A stretch of DNA of 64,000 nucleotides from positions 2,132 through 66,131 of the forward strand of contig CACXCS010000008.1 in NCBI GenBank assembly GCA_902766255.1, read 5' to 3'. The notes beneath the pieces are model-generated. The model saw only the letters and a list, made by a program, of their open reading frames with translations. It had not been told where the DNA came from and searched no databases. The position numbers and the translations under genes were made by a program. This DNA is from an uncultured Bacteroidia bacterium (lineage in GTDB: Bacteria > Bacteroidota > Bacteroidia > Bacteroidales > UBA932). Every line of letters begins with the position of its first letter. Position 1 is the first letter of the stretch. Below are positions 30,184 through 43,046 of the stretch, one piece after another.

Positions 30184-30660
30184 TTACACTATTCTGTTGT
30201 TCTTTTCTACAAACTGCCGCTGCAGCAAATCCAGCTGGCGGCGGATGCTGGCATCCAGCATAATGCCGTTGTATTCAACCCTGTAGCCGCCTATAAGCGA
30301 GGGATCCACGTCGGATTCAAGCAGCACCTTGCGTGAGGTCCGCTCCTCCAGCTCGGCCTTAACGCGCTGCTCGAGCTCCGGCGAAGGGACCGCCGAGGTC
30401 AGCTGCACATGGGCAAGGCCCGCTGCCTGGCAGTACAAATCCACATAAGTACGCAGGATAAGCCGCAGGTGCTCGGTGCGCCCGTTCTTGACAAGCAGGG
30501 TTATGAACCGTTTAAGGTCCGGTTCCAGGGGAGAAGGGATGGATGACGGATCCTTGAGGATGCGGATGACCTGGGAGCATACAGCTTCCCCGCTGCCGTT
30601 GTCCAGGGTAAGACGCAGCAGCGCGGTGGCATAACGCTTTGAAATGGCTCCGCTGTTCAT
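30184..30660 (-). CDS. atpH: ATP synthase F1 delta subunit (short, 158 aa)
   Basis: ISKRYATAL, VDPSLIGG and LDASI motifs; operon position. Confidence 0.92.
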   Translation of the reverse strand: MNSGAISKRYATALLRLTLDNGSGEAVCSQVIRILKDPSSIPSPLEPDLKRFITLLVKNGRTEHLRLILRTYVDLYCQAAGLAHVQLTSAVPSPELEQRVKAELEERTSRKVLLESDVDPSLIGGYRVEYNGIMLDASIRRQLDLLQRQFVEKNNRIV

Positions 30661-30664
30661 TCCG

Positions 30665-31168
30665 TCAATTCATTTGCGCCTGCGATGCCTCGTCGGCAAA
30701 ACGCTCCAGCAGGGATATTTGCTCTTTGTCCGATTCAAGGTCCTTGCGCATCACCTTTTCGGCCACAGCCAGGGAAAGGGCGGATACACGGGCACGGAGG
30801 TCGCGCTCGGCGTCTTCCTTTTCGGAGGCTATTTCGGCACGGGCGCTTCGAAGTATCTCAGCAGCCTCCTCACGGGCCTTGCGCTGGCCGTCGGCAATGA
30901 TGGCGTCGCGCTCGCGGGAAGCCTCCTGGAGGATCCGGCCCTGCTCGGTGCGGGTCTCGTCCAGCATCTGCTGACGCTGCAAAGCGGCCTCCTCAACGCT
31001 CAGGCGGGCCTTCTCTGCCTGGGCAAGGGACTCGCGGATGTGGTTGCTGCGCTTCTCCACCGAACGGGTGATTATGGGAAAGCCGAACTTAGCGAGGATA
31101 AAAAACACCACGCCGAAGATGACGACCATCCAGAAAACCAGCCCGATATCAGGAGTAATGAGGGACAT
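30665..31168 (-). CDS. atpF: ATP synthase F0 subunit b
   Basis: PDIGLVFW, one TM segment, then a charged coiled coil. Confidence 0.95.
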   Translation of the reverse strand: MSLITPDIGLVFWMVVIFGVVFFILAKFGFPIITRSVEKRSNHIRESLAQAEKARLSVEEAALQRQQMLDETRTEQGRILQEASRERDAIIADGQRKAREEAAEILRSARAEIASEKEDAERDLRARVSALSLAVAEKVMRKDLESDKEQISLLERFADEASQAQMN

Positions 31169-31171
31169 AGC

Positions 31172-31417
31172 CTACTTGAGCAATACGGCCAGCAGACAAA
31201 CTATGATGCCAAACAAGCACACGCCCTCGATAAGAGCGCCGATAATGATGGCAGTGGTACGCAGGCCTCCGGAGATCTCGGGCTGGCGGGCCGAAGCCTC
31301 CATTGTGCTCTGGGCAAGTTTGCCGATACCTATTGCCGCTCCGATGGCTACGATTCCGGCGCCGATTGCGCCGCCTACCTTGGCAAGGACTGCCGCTTGA
31401 AGAATTGTTCCTAACAT
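31172..31417 (-). CDS. atpE: ATP synthase F0 subunit c
   Basis: ARQPE loop and ALIEG. Confidence 0.97.
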   Translation of the reverse strand: MLGTILQAAVLAKVGGAIGAGIVAIGAAIGIGKLAQSTMEASARQPEISGGLRTTAIIIGALIEGVCLFGIIVCLLAVLLK

Positions 31418-31429
31418 ATTGATAAATAT

Positions 31430-32463
31430 TTAATTGGTTTCTTTTTCAGAATGTTGGTGAGCCAGGCCGATGAAAACCGACGAGAGCATGGTGAACACAT
31501 AGGCCTGGATGAATGCCACAAGCAGTTCCAGGCAGTCAAGGAAGATACCGAACAGCACCGACACGAAACTCAGGGATCCGTTGAGCACCGGGCCCATCTT
31601 GGCCGTGAGGAATATCACGGCTATGGTACTGAGAAGCATGATGTGGCCGGCAAGCATGTTCGCAAACAACCTTATCATCAGCGAGAAAGGCTTGGTGAAC
31701 ATGCCGATGATTTCGATTACCGGCATTATTGGGATTGCCTTGAGGAACAGCGGCACGTCGGGCCAGAGTATGTCTTTCCAGTAATGCTTGTTGCCGAAAA
31801 GGTTCACCATAAAGAAGGTAAAGAGCGCCAGCACCAGCGTCACCGCGATATTGCCGGTGATATTGGCCCCGCCCGGGAAAAACGGGAAGATTCCCATCAG
31901 GTTGTTGATGAGTATGAAGAAGAAGGCGGTGAGAAGATAGGGCGAATACTTGCGGTACTCCGGTCCCACGGCATCTTTGATCACATCCTGCTCGATCATT
32001 ACGATTACCGGCTCAAGCAGGCCGGCAATGCCGCCGGGAGCCTCCTTGAGCACATCGTGCCTGCGGTACCATCGGGAGCACAGCAGGATAAGCACTATCA
32101 GCAGGATACTGTCGAATATGAGGCCCAGGACATTCTTGGTGATGGAAATATCGAAGGGACGGGAGCCGTCGGACACCCGCACTATCTTGCCCTCGTGAGC
32201 CTCCCCCCTGGGGGCTATGCGAAGGCCTTCATAGGTAGCCCCGTGCTCCAGCTTGCTGCTGCTGAACACTTTAACACCATCGGAGAAGACTATGCAGGGT
32301 AGCGGAATGAGTATCTCCTCCCCCTTCCAGGTGGCGATGTGCCACTCGTATGCATCGGAGATATGGCCGAAGAGGTACTCCTCCATGTTGATGTCGGACT
32401 CCTCCTGGGCCGCCGCGGAGAAACCCCACGGCAGCAGCATAAGGACCGCAAGTATATACGGCA

Positions 32464-32485
<22 letters not shown>
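31430..32485 (-). CDS. atpB: ATP synthase F0 subunit a
   Basis: IRLFANMLAGH and ELLVAFIQAYVFTML motifs. Confidence 0.97.
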
Positions 32486-35039
<2,554 letters not shown>

Positions 35040-35043
<4 letters not shown>

Positions 35044-36770
35044 CGTATATCAAGTGCTAAATCTTTTACCAATTCACCCACCTCGGAATTTTTGGACATC
35101 AGGTCCATTGCCTTCTCCTGTGGCAGGTATACTTTTTCGTCGTGCTCTTCCTCCGGAAGGACCGTGGGCTCAAGACGCAGCGAAGGGCAGTCGGTGAGCT
35201 TGCGGAAACGCTCTTCAAGCTCGCGGAGTTTCTTTTCGGCGATCCAGTTTTGCTGGGCCTCGTTGACTACGGCGAAGGAAATGACCGGCCTGCCGTCATC
35301 CTCGGAGGATTCCAACTTGGCGCCGGCAAGGGCATTTGCAAGGCGGGGCTGGGACGAGAAGGAAGCCGCCAGCTCCTGCCACTTGGCAGCGAGAGTGTCG
35401 GCATCGGGGAGTTTGGCCGCAGCAGCTTGCTCTGAAGCCTCCGTTGCCGGCTCCACGCTGATTTCCTCTCCTCCCATCAGCGAGGAGAGCGACAAGCCAG
35501 AGGCCTTGCGGCGTGGAGCGGGAGAATTATCGGCGGTTTTGCTCCCGGAAGGGGCCTTTTGGGCCTGAACTGGAGGATTTTCGGCCGATTTGCTCCCGGA
35601 AGGGGCGGAAACAGCTGGGGCGACGGGCGCGGCAGGGGCAGCAGGGGTGACAGCCGCGGCGGGGACGGACTCGGGCACTCCGCCGAGGAAGGCGAGACGC
35701 ATGAGTGCGAACTCGATGTGGAGCCGTTGGTTGGTGGCGGCGCGGTAACCGGCCTCGCACTGGGCAATCACGCCAAGGGCGTCAAAAAGGAACTTGACGC
35801 TGCATCGGGCTGCCTGGTCGGCATAGCGGGCCCTCAGGGAATCGGGCAGATCGAGGAGGGCCTCAAGGCCTCCGGTACGGCTTACCAGAAGATCCCGCAG
35901 GTGAGATCCCAGCGCAGATATGAAGTGCAGGGCGTTGAAGCCCTTGGACAGGATTTCGTCAAAGATAAGCAGCGCTGTGGCGTAGTCTTTGGCCAGGAAT
36001 GCATCCACGAGGCGGAAACTGTACTCATAGTCGAGTACGTTGAGATTGCGGATAACATCCTCATACTGAATATGTGTACCGCAGAAGGCAACCGTCTGGT
36101 CGAAGATGGTGAGGGCGTCGCGCATGGCGCCGTCAGCCTTGTGAGCGATTACGTGAAGCGACTCGTCATCGACCGAAATCCCCTCCTTCCCGGCTATGTC
36201 GCGCAGGTTCCGCACTATGTCAGGCACACTGATGCGGTTGAAGTCGTAGGTCTGGCAGCGGCTGAGGATCGTGGGGATTATCTTGTGTTTTTCGGTGGTG
36301 GCGAGGATGAATATGGCGTGTGCAGGAGGCTCCTCGAGGGTTTTGAGGAAAGCGTTGAAGGCCGACTGGGTAAGCATGTGCACCTCGTCGATGATATATA
36401 CGCTGTAACGGCCTACCTGCGGAGGTATCTGGACTTGCTCCATCAAAGCTTTTATGTCCTCGACACCGTTGTTTGAGGCAGCATCAAGTTCGTGAATGCA
36501 GTAGGAGCGGCCCTCCCGGAAAGAAACGCAGGATTCACATTCGCCGCAGGGCTCCATATCGGGGCCAGGATGAGAGCAGTTGATGGTTTTGGCAAAAATG
36601 CGCGCGGCACTGGTTTTGCCTACACCTCTGGGGCCGCAGAACAAATAGGCGTGAGCCAGCTGGCCGCGAAGGATTGAATTCTTGAGGGTACGGGCTATAT
36701 TGTCCTGACCGATCAGGCTTTCGAACGAATCCGGGCGGTATTTGCGGGCTGATACTATATACTGGGCCAT
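35040..36770 (-). CDS. dnaX: DNA polymerase III subunit gamma/tau
   Basis: [30 protein letters not shown] and SRCQ motifs. Confidence 0.97.
35521..35606. repeat. Tandem doublet with 51-nt period in the dnaX linker
   Basis: GGAGAATTATCGGCGGTTTTGCTCCCGGAAGGGGC at 35521 and GGAGGATTTTCGGCCGATTTGCTCCCGGAAGGGGC at 35572; encodes APSGSK twice. Confidence 0.85.
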
Positions 36771-36789
36771 AATCTACATCTTAATTTTA

Positions 36790-36818
36790 CAAATGTAGTG
36801 AAATATTTTATAACTTTG
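36790..36818. promoter_or_regulatory. Divergent -7 promoter elements (dnaX and downstream hypothetical gene)
   Basis: CAAATGTA (reverse complement TACATTTG) at 36790-36797 and TAACTTTG at 36811-36818. Confidence 0.6.
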
Positions 36819-36823
36819 CTGAT

Positions 36824-37510
36824 ATGAAACGCCCGACAGGGAAAATATTAATAGTGTTTGCGCTGCTCATGCTCCCCATTCTCGCCTGGGGTCAGAAACG
36901 CATCTACACCAAGAGTTTCAGGTTACAGGACTTCAAAAGCAAAACCACCAGGGTGGTGCTTTCAGGCTCTCCCGAATTCAACCAGGCCCTGAGGGAAAAC
37001 ATTACTTCTTTATGGACCATTTCTCCCTATGAGTTTTGCTCCCAGGCCGAATTTGAAAAGCAAAAGAACAATCCTGACATGTGCTTCCTTTACCCCGAGT
37101 CCAAACGGGGGATAATATTCCTTACCCTGGCCAAAGGCGGCAAAAAAAACGACACCAATCCACTCAAGAGGCCGCTCGAAGTCATCTCCGTACCTGTTTC
37201 CGGAGAGACTGACACTTCAGGACAGGCACTTGTTTACATGCCCGTGTTCATCAGCATCGTCCAGGACTATACCGAGGCGGCCATGGAATCCGAGCCCGCC
37301 GCGTATTCCGGCATAGGGGCCATTACCCATGGCACTCCCAATGGAATAACTATATATACCGATCCTGCCGAGGCAGTAGAGGCTTTCAAGAACCGCAGGC
37401 CCGCATCTGCGGTAAGAATCGTTATAAGCCCTGATGGCAATCCCAAGTCCAAGCCACATTACAGAATGACCTTCAGCACTGCCGACTACAGGTTGTTCTC
37501 TTTCAGATAA
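36824..37510 (+). CDS. Hypothetical secreted protein
   Basis: Signal peptide ending AWG-Q; promoter motif immediately upstream. Confidence 0.8.
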   Translation: MKRPTGKILIVFALLMLPILAWGQKRIYTKSFRLQDFKSKTTRVVLSGSPEFNQALRENITSLWTISPYEFCSQAEFEKQKNNPDMCFLYPESKRGIIFLTLAKGGKKNDTNPLKRPLEVISVPVSGETDTSGQALVYMPVFISIVQDYTEAAMESEPAAYSGIGAITHGTPNGITIYTDPAEAVEAFKNRRPASAVRIVISPDGNPKSKPHYRMTFSTADYRLFSFR

Positions 37511-37512
37511 AT

Positions 37513-37797
37513 ATGGTATTCGCCATCACCAACCATGAGAGCTTAGACTCCGTGCTCAACTCTCACCCGGACGCAGAGTTCTTCGATCTGGGAGAATACA
37601 TCGAACATAAAATCGGCATGAGTATCCCGGAGATAGTGAAAGACTCCCCAGAGCGATTCCGCGTAATAGAGGAAGAAGCGCTTCGCGACTTGGCGGTTAT
37701 GAGCGAAATATCAGGCAGAGACTGCATAATCCGTCTGCTGCCTGATACTCTTTCAAACTCTGAATGCGCCCGGCTTATTTCCAAACAGGGCGAATAG
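37513..37797 (+). CDS. Small shikimate-kinase-like protein lacking the P-loop
   Basis: FFDLGEYIEHKIGMSIPEIV...FRVIEEEAL resembles the AroK shikimate-binding segment. Confidence 0.55.
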   Translation: MVFAITNHESLDSVLNSHPDAEFFDLGEYIEHKIGMSIPEIVKDSPERFRVIEEEALRDLAVMSEISGRDCIIRLLPDTLSNSECARLISKQGE

Positions 37798-40582
37798 CTG
37801 TGCCGTAACACCGCGGACAATTACCGATTCTGAGCCCGGAACTGTCAAAGTAAAAATAAACAGCCTTGGACTCATCTTCTCCGGAGAGTGTTGCAGACCA
37901 ATAAGCACCGCCTCCCATAGCAGTGGATCCAGCAATCAAATACACCCCGGGAAAGTAAATGTAATTCCCTTCATACCCTTTGATTTTGCTGGTTACACGA
38001 TAACCAAACATACCAATGTCCGTACAGTAGGTCCATTCAAATTTGTTACTATCCATCAGAGTCCGCCATTCCGCTTCTGTAGGCATACGCCATGAACCGC
38101 CCCACGCTTGTCGGGCTGTATCGTCCTCCGGCTCAAGCACAGTCTTCTTTCCTATGCTATACTTATTGAAGCCTTCCTGGGGGTTGCCGTCGAAGTATTC
38201 ATCCCAGTTAAAATATCTCCCGCGTACTGTAGATCCCCATGCATACTCGTCGGGCGCGAGGTCATAAATACTATCGCTGCCGACGTTGTCGGTTGCCCAT
38301 TTGAGTCCGTCACCCATCTCCACATATGCATGCCCATCCTTCGAATCCAACACTGTAACATAAGCCACCAAGGTCTTACCGTTCACATCAGTTACTTTGA
38401 TGGTTGTTTTGCCCACCTTCTTGCCACTTACTTCGGCGCAATAATAAGAACCGCCTTGACCTTCCTCTGCTTCAACAGAGGCGACTGAAGGATCTGAAGA
38501 GCTCCAGTTAAACTTAACATCAAGACTATAATAGCTGCTTCCGGAGCCATCAGAAACATATATCTTTTTCTTACCACCTTTAGGGATTATTAATGGCTCA
38601 GCTTCAGAGCAACGAACGCCTCCGTCTAAACGCAAGAAACTACCTTCATCAAGATATCCTTGGAGAACATTAAATAAAACCATTAGGTAGTTAGTGTTTC
38701 CTTTATAGTCGAAGTAGTCATACATAACAGAGGACCAACCTATCTTATTGAAGGTCACCTCCGGGTACGGAACCCCGGTACTGGATACTTTGTCTGTTAT
38801 AGAAATATTCTGGGAGTAGCTTTCCCATTCATAGGAAGCCATATCGCCTGTATCCATGACCGTAGCGGGACCGGCACACTTGAATTTAGGGAATATCTCG
38901 AAAACTGGCTTATCATTCGCAGATCTTGCGAGGTATTCATAACTCACAGAATATGACCCGGTTCCTTCGAGAGTTTTGGACCCAGTGGCTGTAACCAAAT
39001 TCGCGTAGACGCTATACTCAAAAGCAGAAGAAGCCGCTGCCGGAGCTATACACAGGCGTGTTGACTGGGTGATGGTTTTACCGTCGGTACCTGTGTAGGT
39101 AAATGAAAGGTCGCTGTAAGTACCGTTGTCACCTTTGAGCACTTTAACAAGGAAAGCATTATAAGCATCTACCTTTGTGACCGATACGCCGATGCTGCCA
39201 GGAATAGAGGACTTTGCACTGTAGTGAGAGGCGGTAGCGTCTTTAACAGGTTCTCCGGTCGTCAAGTCGCAAGGCATAACAAGGAACTGGTTGGCAGTAC
39301 CCATGTAATTGGTGCCATACTTGTAGTGGATTACTTTACCTACAGTTGCCAGCGAGGACGGATCCTCGAGATACTGCGCGCGGAATTCACTATTGCCGGA
39401 AGGAGTCGGCGGTGCCGAGTTAACTACAGTCACGTCGCATGTCGCTTTGAAACCGCCGTCTTTGGTAGTGACGGTGATGGTGGCGGAGCCAGGGATGATA
39501 CCGGATACCCTGCCGTCATCGTCAACTATAGCAACCGACGATTTGTTGGACTTCCATTCCACGGTCTTGTCTGTAGCATCGGCCGGCTCGACTGTAGCGA
39601 CAAGAGTAGCATAAGTACCCACGCCGATGGTCAGCTCGGTCTTGTCCAGGGTAACTCCGGTAACCTTTATGGTATCGTCGCCGGGCTTATCTTCGGTCAC
39701 AGTTACTTTACATTCGTCGGTAAACTTACCGTCAGTGGTGGTGACTGTAATAGTTGCCGTACCGGCTGCCACCGCAACGACCTCGCCGCCGTCGACAGTT
39801 GCCACCGCTGTAGCGCTGCTTTTCCAGGAGACTGACTTGTCAGAGGCGTTTGAAGGTTCCACCGTAGCGGTTAAAGCTGCCTTTTCATCTTTTTTCAATG
39901 ACAGTTCGTGCTTGTCCAGTTTTACGCCGGTAACTTTAACGGTTTCATCGCCAGGCTTATCCTCAGCCACAGTCAATTTACACTCGTCGGTAAACTCTCC
40001 GTCAGTGGTGGTGACTGTAATTGTTGCCGTACCGGCTGCCACCGCAACGACCTCGCCGTCTTCGACAGTTGCCACCGCAGTATCGCTGCTTTTCCAGGAA
40101 ACCGACTTGTCAGCGGCGTCGGACGGCTCGACAGTGGCAGTCAGAGTAAACTTTTCATCTTTTTTCAACGACAGTTCGTGCTTGTCCAGTTTCACGCCGG
40201 AGACGTTCACGACTGCAGGGGCCTTAGCTTTGACCGTAACGGTTACAGTAGCCTTGAAACCACCGTCTTTTGTGGTGATCGTTATAGTGGCAGTACCCGG
40301 GCCAACGGCCGTCACTCTGCCTTTTTCATCAACCGTAACAACATCGGTGTCGCTCGAAGAGAAAGATACATCCTTGACGGACGCGTCGGCAGGTTCTACG
40401 GTGAAACTGATAACCGAGGTTTCACCCTCCGTTATTGTAATGGAAGGAGTGCTCACAGTTATGCCGGTCACGGAAATCTCGGTTTCATTGGGCTGGCAGG
40501 AGCTTACCGACAGCGCTGCAGCGCCCAGCACCACTGCAGCGGCAGCGGTCAGGATAATGGAAACAAAACGGTTGTGAATCAT
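37775..40582 (-). CDS. Surface lipoprotein with about five Big_2 Ig-like repeats and a CLec-like (DUF1566/FISUMP-type) C-terminus
   Basis: Repeats V.VTGV.LD...TVEP.DA.DK.V.WKSS...GTATITVTT.DG; C-terminal LKWATDNVG, WRMPTEAEW, YWSAT and AIRPV. Confidence 0.88.
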   Translation of the reverse strand: MIHNRFVSIILTAAAAVVLGAAALSVSSCQPNETEISVTGITVSTPSITITEGETSVISFTVEPADASVKDVSFSSSDTDVVTVDEKGRVTAVGPGTATITITTKDGGFKATVTVTVKAKAPAVVNVSGVKLDKHELSLKKDEKFTLTATVEPSDAADKSVSWKSSDTAVATVEDGEVVAVAAGTATITVTTTDGEFTDECKLTVAEDKPGDETVKVTGVKLDKHELSLKKDEKAALTATVEPSNASDKSVSWKSSATAVATVDGGEVVAVAAGTATITVTTTDGKFTDECKVTVTEDKPGDDTIKVTGVTLDKTELTIGVGTYATLVATVEPADATDKTVEWKSNKSSVAIVDDDGRVSGIIPGSATITVTTKDGGFKATCDVTVVNSAPPTPSGNSEFRAQYLEDPSSLATVGKVIHYKYGTNYMGTANQFLVMPCDLTTGEPVKDATASHYSAKSSIPGSIGVSVTKVDAYNAFLVKVLKGDNGTYSDLSFTYTGTDGKTITQSTRLCIAPAAASSAFEYSVYANLVTATGSKTLEGTGSYSVSYEYLARSANDKPVFEIFPKFKCAGPATVMDTGDMASYEWESYSQNISITDKVSSTGVPYPEVTFNKIGWSSVMYDYFDYKGNTNYLMVLFNVLQGYLDEGSFLRLDGGVRCSEAEPLIIPKGGKKKIYVSDGSGSSYYSLDVKFNWSSSDPSVASVEAEEGQGGSYYCAEVSGKKVGKTTIKVTDVNGKTLVAYVTVLDSKDGHAYVEMGDGLKWATDNVGSDSIYDLAPDEYAWGSTVRGRYFNWDEYFDGNPQEGFNKYSIGKKTVLEPEDDTARQAWGGSWRMPTEAEWRTLMDSNKFEWTYCTDIGMFGYRVTSKIKGYEGNYIYFPGVYLIAGSTAMGGGAYWSATLSGEDESKAVYFYFDSSGLRIGNCPRCYGTAIRPVWK
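39684..40199. repeat. Internal 270-bp-period duplication (Ig domains 2 and 3)
   Basis: For example, GTCAGTGGTGGTGACTGTAA occurs at both 39731 and 40001. Confidence 0.9.
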
Positions 40583-40692
40583 GGCCAGAATAGTATTGAA
40601 CTTTCAAATATAATCAAACATAAAAAAAACACTATTAAAGGTGAAGACTTTTCAATAAATCCACACCAAACCGGCTTGCCATCAGTCCTTTA

Positions 40693-42978
40693 TCAACGGA
40701 TACGGACCGATTTGGCGAGGCCGCGGGCAGCAGCGCTGCGGGCAGCAATCAAGCGGTAACGGCCGCGCTCCAGGGCCCATCCGCCAGCCTGTTCATCCCA
40801 AGATGCAAGCGACTCCAGCGGAACAGTCATAGTTACGGTACAACTCTCGCCTGCTTGCAGCAGAGGCGTCTTGGCAAAGGCTTTAAGCTCGCGGGCCGGC
40901 TTGTCCATGCTCTTTCCAGGGGCCTTGACATACAGTTCCACTACATCTTTTCCCGCAAGCTTGCCCGTATTGGAAACTTCGACCGTTACAATGTATCCTG
41001 CTATTTTGCCGTCAGCCGCAATGGCTCCGTCACTCTCGGTGTAATAAGGAACAACTTTCATCTTTTCCCAGCGGAAGGAAGTGTAGCTGAGGCCATAGCC
41101 GAACGGGTAGGCAACAGCTCCCGGAGCTTTGGTACCGAAGTAGCGGTAACCCACATAAATATCTTCAGCATAATCGGTATAGTCAATATCTTTGACCGTA
41201 TAGTCCTTCTTGTTGCCCTCCAGACGGCGGTAGAATGAATAATTGAAGGGCTTGTCTTCGAAGATACGGGGGAAGTTGGGAGCTGACGGTTCATCGCCGT
41301 AACTGCGGGATATCGTCATGGGAAGGCGTCCCGAAGGGTTTACCTCGCCGCTCAGGACAGAGGCAACCGTATGCCCTCCCTCCTCGCCTGGCTGCCAGCA
41401 CACGATGACAGCATCGGCCAGGTCCTGCCAGCTTGACATTTCCACTACTCCGCCGATGTTCAGGATCACAGTAACCTTTTTGCCCTGGGAATGGAAGGCC
41501 TCCGAAGTGCGCCGCAGCAGCTCCAACTCATTATCCTGCAGCATGTAGCTGTAATGCAGATCACGGTCTTTGCCCTCGCCGAATACGCGGCCGAAGGTTA
41601 TGAAGGCGCGGTCGGCTTTGAGTGCAGCCTGCCGGATAAGGGAGTCAGGAGCCACTTCGATGGGGCGCTCGCGGTCTATCACCCAGGAATTGTTGCCGTC
41701 TATCATCTTGCAGCGCCAGCGCTCATCCTGCATGTAAGCAGAGTAGAAAGCATCGAGTCCATCCTCCAAGGTAAATCCCCCGTCGGCAAGACCCTGCTGA
41801 AGGTCAACCACATACGGGCGGTGAACGTCGCCCGAACCGGTGCCTCCGGCTATGAACGCATATGATGTCACACCCAGAAGGGCGGTCACGCCGTCAGGAC
41901 CTGCCGGAAGCGCTCCATTGTTCTTGAGCAGCACCACTCCCTCGTCGGCGGCCGTACGGCACACCTGTGCATGAGCTTGCAGATCGGGCGTATCGGAATA
42001 TTTGTATCCCCTGAACGAAGGGCACTTGACTATCAGCTCGAGGGCGCGGGTAACGCAGGCATCGACGTCGTCCATGGACAGACTGCCATCCTTAACCGCC
42101 TGGATAAGAGCGTTGTAGCGCGCATCGGAACCGGACTGGATAAGATCGTTTCCGGCATGGATCTGGGCCGCAGTATCATAGCCGCCGCCCCAGTCGGTAA
42201 CTACAGCCCCTTTGAATCCCCACTCTCCCCTGAGAATCTCGGCAAGCAGCCAGTAATTCTCGGAAGCATGAACGCCATTGATATAATTGTACGATGTCAT
42301 GAGCGTCCATGGCTGAGCCTTGCGGACGGCGATTTCGAACGCCCGCAGGTAAATTTCGCGCATGGCCCTCATACTCACCCGGGCGTCGTTATGCAGGCGG
42401 TTGAGTTCCTGATTGTTAAGGGCGAAATGCTTGACCGAAGTACCGACACCGTTGGACTGAACGCCGCTCACGAAAGCCGCGGCAATCTCGCCGGCCAGCA
42501 AAGGATCCTCGGAATAGTACTCGAAGTTCCTGCCGCACAGCGGGTTGCGGTGAATGTTGAGCCCGGGGGCCAGCAGCACGTCCACACCGTATTCCAGCAC
42601 CTCGTTTCCCATGGCCTCGCCAACACTGCGCACCAAATCGGGATTCCACGTGGATGCGAGCATAGTACCTATAGGGAAGCCGGTGCAGTAGAATGTTTTG
42701 TCCGTTCCGGGGCGGTTGGGGTCGATACGGAGGCCGGCCGGCCCGTCTGCGAACACTATCGATGGAATGCCCATGCGAGGGACAGCATGGGTCGCACCCG
42801 CACTGCCCTTCACTCCCACGTCGTTGCGGCCTATGCCGTCGAAAGCCTTTGATCCGCATCCAACCAGAATGGCGGCCTTCTCTTCAAGCGTGAGGAGCGA
42901 AACAATTTCGGGGATATTGTCTTCCCTGAGTACTGGTGTTGCGGCCGAAACAGCCGCGGCAAGAATGAATGTCAGCAT
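40693..42978 (-). CDS. GH3 beta-glucosidase
   Basis: ADGPAGLR, GRNFEYYSEDP, VKHF, VTDWG, YPFGYGLSYT and ELKAFAKT motifs. Confidence 0.95.
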   Translation of the reverse strand: MLTFILAAAVSAATPVLREDNIPEIVSLLTLEEKAAILVGCGSKAFDGIGRNDVGVKGSAGATHAVPRMGIPSIVFADGPAGLRIDPNRPGTDKTFYCTGFPIGTMLASTWNPDLVRSVGEAMGNEVLEYGVDVLLAPGLNIHRNPLCGRNFEYYSEDPLLAGEIAAAFVSGVQSNGVGTSVKHFALNNQELNRLHNDARVSMRAMREIYLRAFEIAVRKAQPWTLMTSYNYINGVHASENYWLLAEILRGEWGFKGAVVTDWGGGYDTAAQIHAGNDLIQSGSDARYNALIQAVKDGSLSMDDVDACVTRALELIVKCPSFRGYKYSDTPDLQAHAQVCRTAADEGVVLLKNNGALPAGPDGVTALLGVTSYAFIAGGTGSGDVHRPYVVDLQQGLADGGFTLEDGLDAFYSAYMQDERWRCKMIDGNNSWVIDRERPIEVAPDSLIRQAALKADRAFITFGRVFGEGKDRDLHYSYMLQDNELELLRRTSEAFHSQGKKVTVILNIGGVVEMSSWQDLADAVIVCWQPGEEGGHTVASVLSGEVNPSGRLPMTISRSYGDEPSAPNFPRIFEDKPFNYSFYRRLEGNKKDYTVKDIDYTDYAEDIYVGYRYFGTKAPGAVAYPFGYGLSYTSFRWEKMKVVPYYTESDGAIAADGKIAGYIVTVEVSNTGKLAGKDVVELYVKAPGKSMDKPARELKAFAKTPLLQAGESCTVTMTVPLESLASWDEQAGGWALERGRYRLIAARSAAARGLAKSVRIR

Positions 42979-42991
42979 GGTACAAATATAC

Positions 42992-43026
42992 AAAAAAACG
43001 CACCAGCTTTGTTAAGCCGGTGCGTT
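42992..43026 (-). terminator. Intrinsic terminator downstream of the FKBP gene
   Basis: AACGCACCAGCTT-TGTT-AAGCCGGTGCGTT followed by T7 on the minus strand. Confidence 0.78.
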
Positions 43027-43046
43027 AGGGACAAAAGATTAAGGAA

